The notes below the pieces were generated by a model. It did not search any database. It was not told the DNA's origin and was given only the letters and a program-made list of their open reading frames with translations. Positions 50,501-62,520 of a stretch of DNA of 64,000 bases are shown one piece after another (positions within the stretch are counted from its first letter, which is position 1; each line of letters begins with the position of its first letter). The stretch comes from Malacoraja senta (lineage: Eukaryota), in contig JAXLNO010000483.1 of assembly GCA_038087875.1 (NCBI GenBank), positions 1 to 64,000 on the forward strand, written 5' to 3'. A program made the position numbers and the translations under genes.

Positions 50501-52790
50501 CTGGCTTGGATGAAAGGCCTTTGATCTAAAACATTAACTTTGTTCTCACTCCCCAGATACTGCTTGACCTGCTGAGCATTTCCAACATTTTCTGTTATTT
50601 TCTTAGATGTTTTTGGGCCCGTACAGAATTAAGAAATAGGGAGGGTCAAGACCATGGATAGATTTGTAAACAATACAAAGTATTATTTATCTGGGACCCA
50701 ATGTCCCAGTTATTATAAGATTTTGCCTGAAGTAGTTAAAGAAAACATGGATATAAATGACCTTTGAAGGTAGGTGTTTGAATAATTAAGAGTTTTCAAG
50801 CATATCTGTTAAGGGTGGTTGTGAATAATTTACTGCAGGTATTTTTTTTGGTTTAAGCTAACGTGGGAATGATGTTTAATTATTATTGTACTTCAGTTAA
50901 TATATCATCTGTTTATGTTTATGTATTATCCTACTAGTTGTACTCAGGCATCACAAGAACAATGCTTACAAATATCACAAATCTTTGCTATTTTGCAGTC
51001 TTCTAGATACATTATGAAGACTAATCACATTCATCATCTTTAATGTAAAAGCTTTTTCATAGATGAGTAATCTGACAAAATGTAAGCCAAGGAAGTATAT
51101 ATTTGCTGGTGAATCTACATCCTGGTCAAAGAGTAGGTTTTAAGGAGCAGGGCAATGGATTCTGCAACAGAGCCTTGCTACAAAAGGCACCCTGCCTGAA
51201 GGGGAAGATTAAAAATTCACAAAATAGTTTGTAGAGTTGGTGATTTACAGAGACAGGGAAAACTGTGATCTTGAAGCTTTTGGAACACACTCATAAAAAT
51301 TTAAATTGCAAGACTATCCACAGTCAAAGGAGTAATAAGTGACTGAGGCTTTCTGGGAGGTTAGGATAGGCGCATTACAATTACGGAATTTGGAGGTTGT
51401 GAGACCTGCCAGAAGGACATTGTTTGTGTTCAAATGAAGGAATCTAAAATTACACCATTTCACTTCAACCTGAATGTTTAGCCGTGGAAGAGGGTAAAAT
51501 TAAAAATGGAGACCTTTCTGTTTGTCCTAATGAAAGTCATCTCCTGCATCATTTGTTCCTACCTGAGACACAAGAAAGTGCAGATGATAGAAAACATAAA
51601 GTGCGGGAGGAACTCAGTGGGTCAGGCAGCTTCTGTGGTGAAAAATGACAGACAATGCTTTGGGTTGGGACCCTTCTTTAATTTGTCCACCTGACCATTC
51701 CTCCACAGATGCTGCCTGACCTGCTGTTTATCTCCACCATTTTGTTTTGTTTTTTTCTGTAAATTACTGAATTGGTTTGTGGCAATTATTTTGACTTGTT
51801 TAGTACAAACAGGTAAGATTGTGTGCACGCACTGCTGTTAACTATCCAAACTATAATAATGGTTGAAGTGTACCCACTTCAGAAAATTATATGCCATTTA
51901 ATGTGTTTTACCTTTATAGGATGCACTACTGTGGAATACTTTCACTGAACCCTGTTCAAAAACGCATGAAACTCCCATCAATATAAAAAGATTTAGCAAC
52001 ATGTATCTGACTATTTATAGTATTTGTTAATAACATTACATTGGTTTAAAGTGAGCTAATTCACAAAAATTGACTTGCAGGATGTATAATTAAATAAATT
52101 TGTATGAATATTCACAACATATACATCATAAATCACTTTAAATTATAATTTGACACATTGTTAAGTAGTACTGAATATATAGTTTCAGAAAGATAGAACC
52201 CAGCTGTTTAAATTTCAGATGTCCTTTTATTGACATTTTAGAATGAAACTTTGATATTTCAGAATGCTTTCTTTGGTCATTATGTGCCTTCTTGAAGGAA
52301 GAAAAACAGTATAGCTGATTGGTATTTAAATTTCATCTGTGTTTTTTCCTTGTGCACAGAATGCGTCTTTGCTTTCATGTTGCGTCATCGTAACCATTAA
52401 AGCATATTTTCAAAGAAGCTAATAGCGATGTGAAAAGTCACAGGAGTGAAACACAGTTGTAATTACATTGAAATAATTATAATATGCAATGCTCTTCTTC
52501 AGGGAATATACTCTGCCCTAGAAACAAAATGTTAAAGACAGATTGCATCAAGGTTTCCAAATTGAGTATTATGCAGGGAACAATGAAATGAATGTTGCGT
52601 CTCCAGGGGCAGAAACATTTCTGCCATCGTAGCATATCCTTTGGATCAAAATACTCAAATAATGATTTTACTTATCAATACTTCCCAGAATAAAGATTGA
52701 TATAACTGAAGGAACAAATGCCCTACTGCTTATGTGTCACGTAAAGCTTTAAAATAAACAGTTTATCAACACTCCTTGCATAAACTGTTA

Positions 52791-53134
52791 AGGGCTTGTC
52801 CCACTTACGCAACCTTTTCGGCGACTGCCGGCACCCGTCATAGGTCGCTGAAAATTTTCAACATGTTAAAATTCAGCGACGACGAGAAAGACGCTACGAC
52901 TCTTTTGGTGACTAGGAGACCTCTCACGACCATACAGGTGACCCCTGGTGACAGTTGTCACCAGGGGGCATGTCGCCAGGGGGTCGCTTGTATGGTCGTG
53001 AGGGGTCGCCTGTATGGTCGTGAGAGGTCTCCTAGTCACCCAAAGAGTCGTAGCGTCTTTGGTCGCCGCTGAATTTTCAATATGTTGATAATTTTCGGCG
53101 GCCTATGACGCATGCCGGCAGTGAGACAGGCCCT
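52791..53134. mobile_element. Fold-back PIF/Harbinger-type MITE
   Basis: agggcttgtcccact ... gtgagacaggccct with TTA flanks; almost the whole element is an imperfect palindrome. Confidence 0.85.
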
Positions 53135-53959
53135 TTAAGCAGTCACATACAAGCAGCATTAAAATTAGGTATAAAGTAATTCCTTTATATTCCAGGATTC
53201 TACTTTGCTACTTACTGATACCTCCTTTTTATATTTTTTACCTCAATTGCTAGTAGCTACTTGAGTAACTCAGCAAGGTTTCATACTTTTCAGTTTATTT
53301 GTATACTGGCTATTCACAAGAAGAATTAAATTAAAACTGCTAACATTCATTCTTTGTAAATGGAAGGTTGGTTGACCATTGGAAAAGTCTGATATATGAC
53401 CATAACACTTGTGAAACAAGACTTTTATGTTTTTGTTAGAATGATCAGCAAACATTAGTTTATAACTTTTAATGATAAACTAATTGTGGGCCTTCGGCAT
53501 TACACATTGGTTGGCACACCACAATATTTTCAAGGTCTATGGAACAAAATTCCACCTTATGCAATGGATGGAACGTTAAATATAGAGCAAGGCCTCAGCG
53601 TTGATTAAACACTTTTTTCAAGAAAAAAAGTTGTTTTTGTGATAATTTTTCAATGCATAGTGGACCAAGGAGCATCTTAAACAATGAGATTGTAGACATT
53701 CATGGAACAAAAGATGCTTTTCAGCTAATTGCATCAGTGGTCTCAGGCCTGCAGCTGGAAAATTAAATGTTGCACCTAAGGCATCCTATGCATCCTAATA
53801 GTCCATATGCGAGGAAAGATGTTCTTTACATTTTTTGCAGTGGGAAGATTCAATTGCCGGGAATTGGTAGAGTGTTTGGAGAAGATCGACATCCTTACCA
53901 TTCTCAAATCCCAATTTTCCCTATGCGATCTATGTGCCCAAATGGAAAAAATCTGAAGA

Positions 53960-55112
53960 AACAAGGAACTGCAGATGCAAGTTTACAAACAAAATGACAT
54001 AAAGTACTGGCGTAACTTAGCATGGATAGGTGATCTTTTGGCTCGGGACCCTCTTCCGACTAATTGTAGGGAGAAAGAATGAGGAAGGGCAGGGCAAACC
54101 ATGACAGGTAATATGTGAACACAGGTGAGCGGGGGGGGGGGGGGGGGGTTGATCGGCAGATGTTGGACAAATGCCAGAAATGAAAAAAAGGTGTGAGACA
54201 AAAGGATTTGAAGAGTTGCGAATTGTGAAGCCCGAGGAAGGAATGGAGAGGGAGGGAAGAAATAGGTGTGAGTCTAGATGGGGCATAGGGGAGGAGGGAG
54301 GGAGTGTGGAGGTGAAAGAGGAGGGTGGGCTGCTAGTTAAAATTGGAAAATTCAATGTTCAGAGCAGCAGGAATCACAGACGGGGAGCAGTGAGAGAGGG
54401 TCTCACAGAATTACCGTCAGAGAGAGGAGAATTCTTCAAATTAGGAATAAGTAACTGCAGATGCTGGATTATTAAAAAAGTACTGAAGTATCTCAGCAGG
54501 TCAGGCAGCATCCTTGGAGAACATAGATAAATGATGATTTGGGTCGGGACCCTTCTTCAGACCGATGGTGGGCGGGGTGGAGGGGCGAAAGCTAGAAGTG
54601 AGAAGGGGCAGGACAAAGCATGGCAGGTGAACATAGGCGAGGGGAGTTTTGATAGGCAGATAGTTGGACAAAGACCAGAGATGGAAATAAAAGGTGTGAG
54701 ACAAGAACAGCAGGAATCACAGAGTGGGTGCGGTGAGAGAGGAGCAGCAGGAATCACAGAGGGGGGTGACAGAGAGGGATCTTCAATTTTATGTAACTTC
54801 TACCAGCTCTTCCCCCCCTTTCTCCCCACACCCCCTTTCTTCGTACCTCCTCGCCTGTGCCCTACCTTGACGTGTACCTATTTCTTTCCTATGGCTTTAT
54901 AGTTCACATCTCTTAAATCCTCTTCTCACACCTTTTTTTCTTCACTGGCCTTTGTCCAACCATCTTTATATCAAAACCCACCTCTTGCCTGTGTTCACCA
55001 TTACCTGCCAAGCTTTGTCCTGCTCCTCCTTTCTTCTAGCTTTCTCCCCCCCCCCATCCCCTCTTATAAACAGTCTGAAGAAGGGTCCTGACCTGAAACA
55101 TCAGCTATCCAT
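53960..55112. mobile_element. Cluster of Penelope-like 3' ends (two minus, one plus)
   Basis: Minus ~53960-54360 and ~54450-54715; plus ~54790-55112 with ctgaagaagggtcctgacctgaaacatc. Confidence 0.7.
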
Positions 55113-55502
55113 GGAAAAATCTTTGGGTTATTTGCATGGGCTTGATAGTCTTCAACTGAACATTACAGTGCCTGCTGCTTTCACAAGACGACCATAGGTG
55201 GAAGAACATCCAGTAGCACACCAGGAAATCCGTGGAAATGCACTTCCACTGCGATTGCTTACATTCGCATGTCATGTTGATGGCAAGTTGTACATTTCTT
55301 GTTATTGGCAAGTAAATACATCTTGTTTAATGTTACAAGCTAATCAATATGTAGATGCCTTCGAGAGGAGCACTGATCTCACACTCCCTAGCTGACACTC
55401 ATGCAAAATTGAGGATGGTGGCTAAAGTAAAAATAAAATGCTGGAAACAATAAACGGGTCAGGCAACATCAGTCAAGTTAACGATTCAGGTCAAAGAACC
55501 TG

Positions 55503-55811
55503 AGGGCGGAATGGTGGCGCAGCGGTAGAGTTGCTGCCTTACAGCACCAGAGACCCAGGTTTGATCGAGACTAAGGGTGCTGTCCATACGGAATTTGTAC
55601 ATTCTCCATGTGACTTCAGTGGGGTTTCTCTGGGATCTGCGGTTTACTCACACACACTAAACACATACAAGTTGGTAGGTTAATTGGCTTGGTATAATTG
55701 TAAATTATGTGCGTGTGTAGGACGGTGTTAATGTGCGGGGATCGTTGGTCAACGCGGACTCGGTGGGTCGAAGGGCCTGTTTCCACGCTGTATCACTAAA
55801 CTAAACTAAAC
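55503..55811 (+). mobile_element. tRNA-derived V-SINE (HE1-like)
   Basis: A box tggcgcagcgg, B-box-like ggtttgatc, V-domain, CR1-like tail and (ctaaa)n. Confidence 0.85.
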
Positions 55812-56924
55812 CGTTGACAGTTCTATTTCTCTTTCAACAGATGCTGCCTGACCTCTTGTGTATTCCCAACATTTTTTTATTTCAGATATCTACCATTTGT
55901 TTATTTTTGGATACATTATCCGCAGATGATAAAAATCATTTTGTGGTGTAGCATTGTGTTGTAGTCCAATGGTAACATATTCAGAGGCAACATTGACAAG
56001 TAGTAAGTTTGAGTTTGAAGTTGATTCTTTTATTTAAAGAGTTAGAATATGCCATCTCATATTTTACAGAAGAATAAAGAATGTACTGATGCCAGCAGAT
56101 TTCTATTGATAAACCATTTGCCTATTTAAATATTTTCTGTCACACTGACTACTCTCTAATTACTGCTATATTTTATAAACACTGACCTAGATTTTTGGAA
56201 TGCAGTTGAAACTATCCACTAAAATGGCACAACTTTTGTTTGGGCCTGTGGTGAGCAATTATCTTATGTGCACAACATGAAATGTGTTATGCATATAAAT
56301 ATCATCAATATTGACTTGTCTAAACAGAAATCACACTTCTTTCATAAGTACTCCAAAGAATGACCCCTCCCCCATAGTGACAGTTTTTAAAGTTTGGCAG
56401 TGTCATATCACTACTGTGTCATATCGTGGGGAAGATGAAAGAGGTTTGTGAGGATTTCAAGGCGACTTCATCAACTGACATCCAAATAGGTGCTTGGGTG
56501 GAGATCACGAGAGAATTCACGGAGTGCTAATAGCACACAAAGGAGCAAATTCCTTCTCACAGTCCATTTTCAGTTCCTAAACTAGTACATAGGGAGCATG
56601 ATTTGTAAAAGCATTTTTAGCCATCTATTTTCCAGAATTCCTTAATCACTATGTCTGATCGCTTTGAGGCATTGCTGATTTTGCTAAATATGTTGCATTG
56701 AAGTTAAGCCATGGTGCTAAAAAGAACCTTGGAGAAAACTCATCACTACCAAATCACTCAGTCAGATATATTTAGGGAGTGCTTGTGCCTATTTAGGCTG
56801 CACATTGTTTCTTGTCACTTCTAATGGCCTGTATCACTGATATTATACCAAGCAAATTACAGGACAATCTCTCACTGACCATCTGTTAGTTCCTCCCTGC
56901 AATTTGCTCTGTATGGATGTCACC

Positions 56925-57509
56925 TCTTTTTCCTCAAAAGGCTCAGATCCTTCAATGTGCGCAATGACATGCTGCACTTGTTCTACTATACTGTGGTTGC
57001 AAGTGTCATTTTCTACGCTGTTGTCTGCTGGGGTAACAACATCAGTGCTAAAAACATCAAGAAGTTGGACAAGCTGGTAAAACGAGCTAGCTCAGTGCTG
57101 GGGGGGGGGGGTGAGTGAACTCTGTGGTGGATGTGCTTGAGAGGCGTATGAGGAGCAAGGTGATGGTCATCCTCGACAACTCCGGTCACCCCCTCCATGA
57201 AATTCTGGAGGGTCAAAAGAACACACGGAACAACAACCGGCTCCTCTCCCTGCGCTGTAGAACGGAGCGGTTCAGGAGATCCTTCACCTCTGCAGCCATT
57301 AGATTTTATAATACTGGACCGCTAGGCTGTATGGGGATGCTTTGCATTTTTAATAATTAATTATTGGGTCTTTTTAAGTATTTATTGCTTTCAGGTATTG
57401 TCCATATTGTATTTTATGTTTTTTTTTGTCTGCTTTCATTCTGAATGTGTAGGTTTGTTGGTTGTTGGCTTCTGGATATCTGAATTTCCCTGAGGGGATC
57501 AATAAAGTA

Positions 57510-57558
<49 letters not shown>
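56925..57558 (+). mobile_element. Rex1-like LINE 3' fragment with (tta)n tail
   Basis: LRSFNV...FYAVVCWGN...HPLH...CRTERFRRSF; aataaa followed by (tta)n. Confidence 0.8.
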
Positions 57559-57560
<2 letters not shown>

Positions 57561-57669
57561 TGCAGATGTTGAATTTGACAAATAATGTGTCTTTTGTATT
57601 GGGAATTATATCTTTCTGAAATTCATGCGCTTCTTTCACTGTGCTATGTTTCCATTGCTTCATGCACAA

Positions 57670-58400
57670 CTTAATATGCCTCTCGGGACTGAGGATGAAT
57701 TCCTTCTACTCCAGTTATGAGATGGCTGGCCCCATAGCAGAAGCGTCCACGCCGCGGGGCTGGAAACTGGAAGTATCCTGAGCTAATTCTGCTACCACCA
57801 TCATCTATTGCAACAAGTGATGGCTCCCACTGATTGTCACCGTAAGCTTGCATCCTTTTCAGGACGGACAATGACAGCCATGTCAACATTTGAAACATAG
57901 AAGATGGACACAAAAGAAGATGAGACGGCTAAAGGATCCTTTGTGGAATCGGCAGATTCTGTACCTGTCTTTACTTATACTCGATCTCCATATGTTCATG
58001 CCGGAGAGCCAAAAGACATTTTTTCAATGAGATTTTTATTCAATTTTCAGAAGCAATAGCAATTACTGGTATTTGCAAGGTTAGTCAATGGTTAAGGGAG
58101 GCACATTATCACAGTCCTGAGACATCACTGCAAAAGGGTTTTTTTCTGGAAGCACCAGATATTATTTCATTACCTGTTCATTCAATGTCTTTCTTCCATT
58201 GAAAGTGTTTGTTGACTGATTCATTGGTATTTAACTTCATTCAGGGGTCAAGGAAAGAGCGTTCACATCGTGGCCCTGTTTCCACCAATCTTTCCACTAC
58301 TACGCACAAGAAGTGCAAGATGCCATTGTATGCAGATGCCGAGAAGTGTGTTCAGTTCTGGCTGGAAAATTTCTAATCTTGTGATGTGGACTCGATAAGA
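57670..58400 (+). mobile_element. Ancient RTE-like RT remnant
   Basis: Ordered vestiges MPESQ.TF, SGVK and LYADA, resembling LPESQCGF/GVKQG/LYADD; many stops. Confidence 0.4.
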
Positions 58401-58526
58401 AGCTTCATTCAGAGTTCTTCGAGTCCATTTTTTTATTTTTATTTGTTCACTAGATGTGGGCATCGCCAGAAAGGCCAGTGCTTAATGTTCATTGTTAATT
58501 CAAGATGCCAAGACAAACCCTCATAC

Positions 58527-58696
58527 CTGCAACAACACCGAGAATGTCCAACATCAATATTTTGTGGGCCACCATTGACATATAGTGAATGTCAATGGTG
58601 GCTCCCAAGATAATAAAGGCAAAAGGATTGGCTGGATCTATCTCCAAAGGTATTTTCTCTTGAGCTCCCAAAACATCTTCAAATGTCATCGCCGAC
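58527..58696 (-). CDS. Antisense unknown gene, coding exon 1 (probable ATG at 58689)
   Basis: Acceptor aatttttcag, donor GCAG|gtatga. Open frame (SA)MTFEDVLGAQEKIPLEIDPANPFAFIILGATIDIHYMSMVAHKILMLDILGVVA+G, ends phase 1. Lies in non-repeat sequence. Confidence 0.75.
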
Positions 58697-59038
58697 CTGA
58701 AAAATTCTGTGTGCTAATTATCTGATTATTTTCAGCATTTCTTGTTTTATTTTGTATGTCCAGCAAATTCAGAATTTTGCATATGGCCTATTTGTAGCGA
58801 TTTATATTATTTTAGGGATTGGGCCTCCTTTCCTGCGCTGGCCGTGTCAGTATTTTCTGTTCAATCTCATTGGTTCTTGTTGTAATGTTCCTCAGATATA
58901 AAACATAATCATGCGTTGGTTAATTGCTGGACTAGTGTACTTCATAAGAATATAATGATGAGCAAAGCCTAGGATGTAATGCCAGCCAAAGGGTTGCTGG
59001 TTTCAACAGATCATGAGGTTAATGTTTGAGGATTTTAA

Positions 59039-60089
59039 AGGGCCTGTCCCACTTGGCCGTCATTTGCGCGCCATTTACGCGACCTCGTCGTCGCGTTGAG
59101 ATGCACGGGTAGTGTGTGGGCCGCACGTGACGGTCGCCTGGAGAAGTGTGGAAGGGTATCGAGTTGCGCGCGGTATCGCGCGTCGCTCCAGGATTTTGTA
59201 GGGCACAAAACCTTTGCGCGCCTCCGGCGTGACGTATTGCATACGCACGTGGGCGTATTGCGATCGCAAGCAGGTGTCCTGACCTCGTACATGTTGCGCA
59301 TGTTGACGCATGATGGCGTCACCGTGCGTAACCATGCGCCGCCGCGCGCCGCCCATACGCAGTCGGCCACAATGAGAAAATAATTGCACCGTAAGCATCA
59401 AGTCCTCAAAGTAACTATAAGGATAGGGTAGACAGACTTGCATTGTTTTCTCCGGAACACCAGATGGTGAGGGGAGGGGGTCCTGATAGAAGTATATATA
59501 ATTATGAGAGGCATAGATGGGTAGACAGTCAGAACCTTCCCCCCACCACAAGGTCAGAGTAACACCTTAATAAGTATTTTTGAAACATCCTTAGTTAAGG
59601 ATGTTTCAAAAGTTAACATCCAGGTAAGGATTGCAGATTTTATATCCTAAAAGAACACTGGTAACCAAATTAGTTTGTTTTTTTTAAACCACCAACAATT
59701 TTACCAACACCATTTTTTTTTAAAATTGCAAACTAATTCTAAAGCTGGGTTCAAACCCTCAAACTGCTATAATGGAATACAAGTTTGTGTTTGTTGGGAG
59801 TAATTCAGAAAGCAAACAATAATTTTATCAATGTTTCACTTAACAAATGATGTCAATACGCTGGTACACAAAAATGCTGGAGAAACTCAGCGGGTGCAGC
59901 AGCATCTATGGAGCGAAGGAAATAGGTAACGTTTCGGGCCGAAACCCTTCTTCAGACGCTGACTAATTCTACTTGCAGAGCAGATAAAATATCTGAAGGC
60001 GCATGATGATGGGTGATGACGCGCGCGACCGTCGCGTGTCAGTCACTACTGACCTGTCGCGTAAACGACGGCCAAGTGGGTCAGGCCCT
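59039..60089. mobile_element. PIF/Harbinger-type MITE carrying captured sequence
   Basis: TIRs agggcctgtcccacttggccgtc / gacggccaagtgggtcaggccct; TAA TSD. Confidence 0.85.
59864..59955 (-). mobile_element. ~90-bp Penelope-end mini-insertion with hammerhead motif
   Basis: Reverse complement ctgaagaagggtttcggcccgaaacgttacc...; flanked by acgctg at 59858-59863 and 59956-59961. Confidence 0.8.
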
Positions 60090-60289
60090 TAATGGCTTTG
60101 TTGCCTTTCCTAATGTATAATTATGTCAGGGTACAATTTTGCATGTCCAATTGATTTTATCAACGTGGAAAAGGTATAGGTAGCAGGCATTTAATTGCAT
60201 TTTGCCTACTAGTGTTTTTTTATCAGGCAAACGCAACAGTGAATGTCTTGGCTTATGCTTTTAGGTCCTTTCTAGCCGATTTATCAATA

Positions 60290-62520
60290 TACGTAGAACA
60301 ATACAGCACTGATACAGGCCTTTCAGCCCATATTGTCTGTGCCGAACATGATAGAAAATTGAATGAATCTCCTCTGCATGCATGTGGTCTTTATCTCTCC
60401 ATTCCCTGCATATCTATGTGCCTATCTAAAATCCTGTTAAATGCCAGTTTTGTGTCTGCTTCCACTGCTATCCCTGGCATTGCATTTTAAATATGCACTA
60501 TGCTCTGCATAAAAAAATAACATACCCAGCACATTTCCTTGTGCCCCTCTCAACTTACAGATATGCCCTCTAGTCTTTAATATTTCTACCTTGTGGTGGG
60601 GGGAAGGTTCTGACTGTCTACCCATTTATGCCTCTCATAATTATATATACTTCTATCAGGACCCCCTCCCCTCACCATCTGGTGTTCCGGAGAAAACAAT
60701 GCAAGTCTGTCTACCCTATCCTCATAGTTAATACCCTCTAACCCATGCACAGTTCTCATAAACCTCTTCTGCACCATCTCCAAAGCCTCCACATTATTCC
60801 TGTATTGGGGCGACCAGAACTGCACACAATACTCCAAATGTGGCTTAGCCAGAGTTTTATAAAGCTGCACCATGACTTTCTGACTCTTATGGTCAGTTCT
60901 CTGACCAATGAAGGCAAACATATCATACATCTTTACAGCAATATCTACTTGTGTTGCCTCTTTCAAGGACCTATGGACTTTCCCCCCATATTTCCTCTAT
61001 ACATCAATACTGTTAAATGACTTGTCATTAACTGTATACTCTTCCTTTACCTTTGCCCTCCCAAAGAGCAACACCACAGACTTGTTCAGATTTTCTCTAC
61101 CCATATCTATAACTAATCTATGTCCCACTATATCCTTTACTCACTGTCTGCAATTCTGTCCCTATACCTCCCCCCTCCACTCTGTCCAAGGACCCCAACA
61201 GTCTTTTCAGGTGAGGCAGAGGTTCACTTGCACCTCCTCCAACCTCATCTACTGTATCCACTGTTCCAGGTGTGAACTCCTGTATATTGGCGAGACCAAG
61301 CGCAGGACACCTCCATCAGTCCACCTGAACCTACGTAATCTCCCGGTTGCTGGACATTTTAACTCCCCCTCCCATTCCCACACTGACCTGTCCTGGGCCT
61401 CCTCCATTATCAGAGTGAGGCCCAGCACAAATTGGAGGAACAGCACATATTTCGCTTGGGCAGTTTACTCCCCAGCGGTATGAACATTGACTTCTCTAAC
61501 TTCAAGTAACCCTTGCTTTCCCTCTCTCTCCTTCCCTCTCTCTCCAACCCTCCCCCTTCCCAGTTCTCCGACCAGACTTACTATCTCCGACTATATTTTG
61601 TCTGTTTGTTTTGTTACCCTCTCCCAGCTAACAATGATTTATTCTATATTTTCCTTGATCTCCATTCTCTTTGCCCTGTTTTCACACCTTCACATGTCCT
61701 TATCTATCTATCTCCCTCCCCCCTGTGGTCAATCTGAAGAAGGGTCTCATTAAATGAGACACAAAATGATTGCATTTTGTATCTATCTTTGGTTTAAACC
61801 GGCATCTGCAGTTCTTTCATGTGCAATTCGATCAATTTTGGTGTCAACTGCAAACCCACTAACCATCTACATTTATGTTCAAATTGTTTATAAACAATAC
61901 AGGTCTGAGCATAGATCCCTGCAGAACACCACTAGTCACAGACCTCCAGCCAGAATAACACCCTTCCACTACTGCGGTCTTCTATGGGTAAGCCAGTACT
62001 GAATCCAAGCTACAAAGTCCCTATGGATCTCATGCATCATAATCTTCTGGATCAGTTTGCCACGAGGGACTTTATTAAATGCCATAATAAAATCCATGTA
62101 GACAACATTCCCTCCCCTCCTCTCTTCAGAAGAATCACGTCATCACCTCTTCAACAATCTCAATAAAGTTAGTGCAGGTAGATGGGACTAGGGAGAAGTT
62201 AAAAAAAAAAATATTTTTAAGTGTCCGGCACGGACTTGAAGGCCCGAGATGGCCTGTTTCCGTGCTGTAATGGTTATATGGTTAGTGGTGCATGATCTGC
62301 CGAGGAAAAAGGCATGCTGACTATCTCTAATTATCCTGTTACTCCTTCCCAGGATTATCTCTTCTTCCCTTCTTAAACAAAGAAACAACCTAGAATACTC
62401 TCCAGTCCTCTGGGATCTCACCTGTGGCTAGAGAAACTACACAGATCTTTGCAAAGGCCCCTGCAATCTCTTTGATTACCTCTCTCAATAGCCTGGGATA
62501 GATAGGGGACAGAAATGAGC
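60290..62520 (-). mobile_element. CR1-like LINE fragments interrupted by a Penelope copy
   Basis: LYKTLAKPHLEYCVQFWSP, IIRDSQHAF..GRSC motifs on minus. Confidence 0.75.
61150..61820 (+). mobile_element. Penelope-like GIY-YIG and 3' end
   Basis: NLIYCIHCSRCELLYIGETKRR; family terminus ggtttaaaccggcatctgcagttc. Confidence 0.85.

Noticed and set aside
55503..55580. tRNA-like sequence
   Set aside because: Head of a V-SINE; it continues into the SINE body and lacks a full cloverleaf.
57671..57913. 80-aa minus-strand ORF near exon 1
   Set aside because: No AG acceptor (ttcaa); better explained as the antisense of an old RTE-like remnant.
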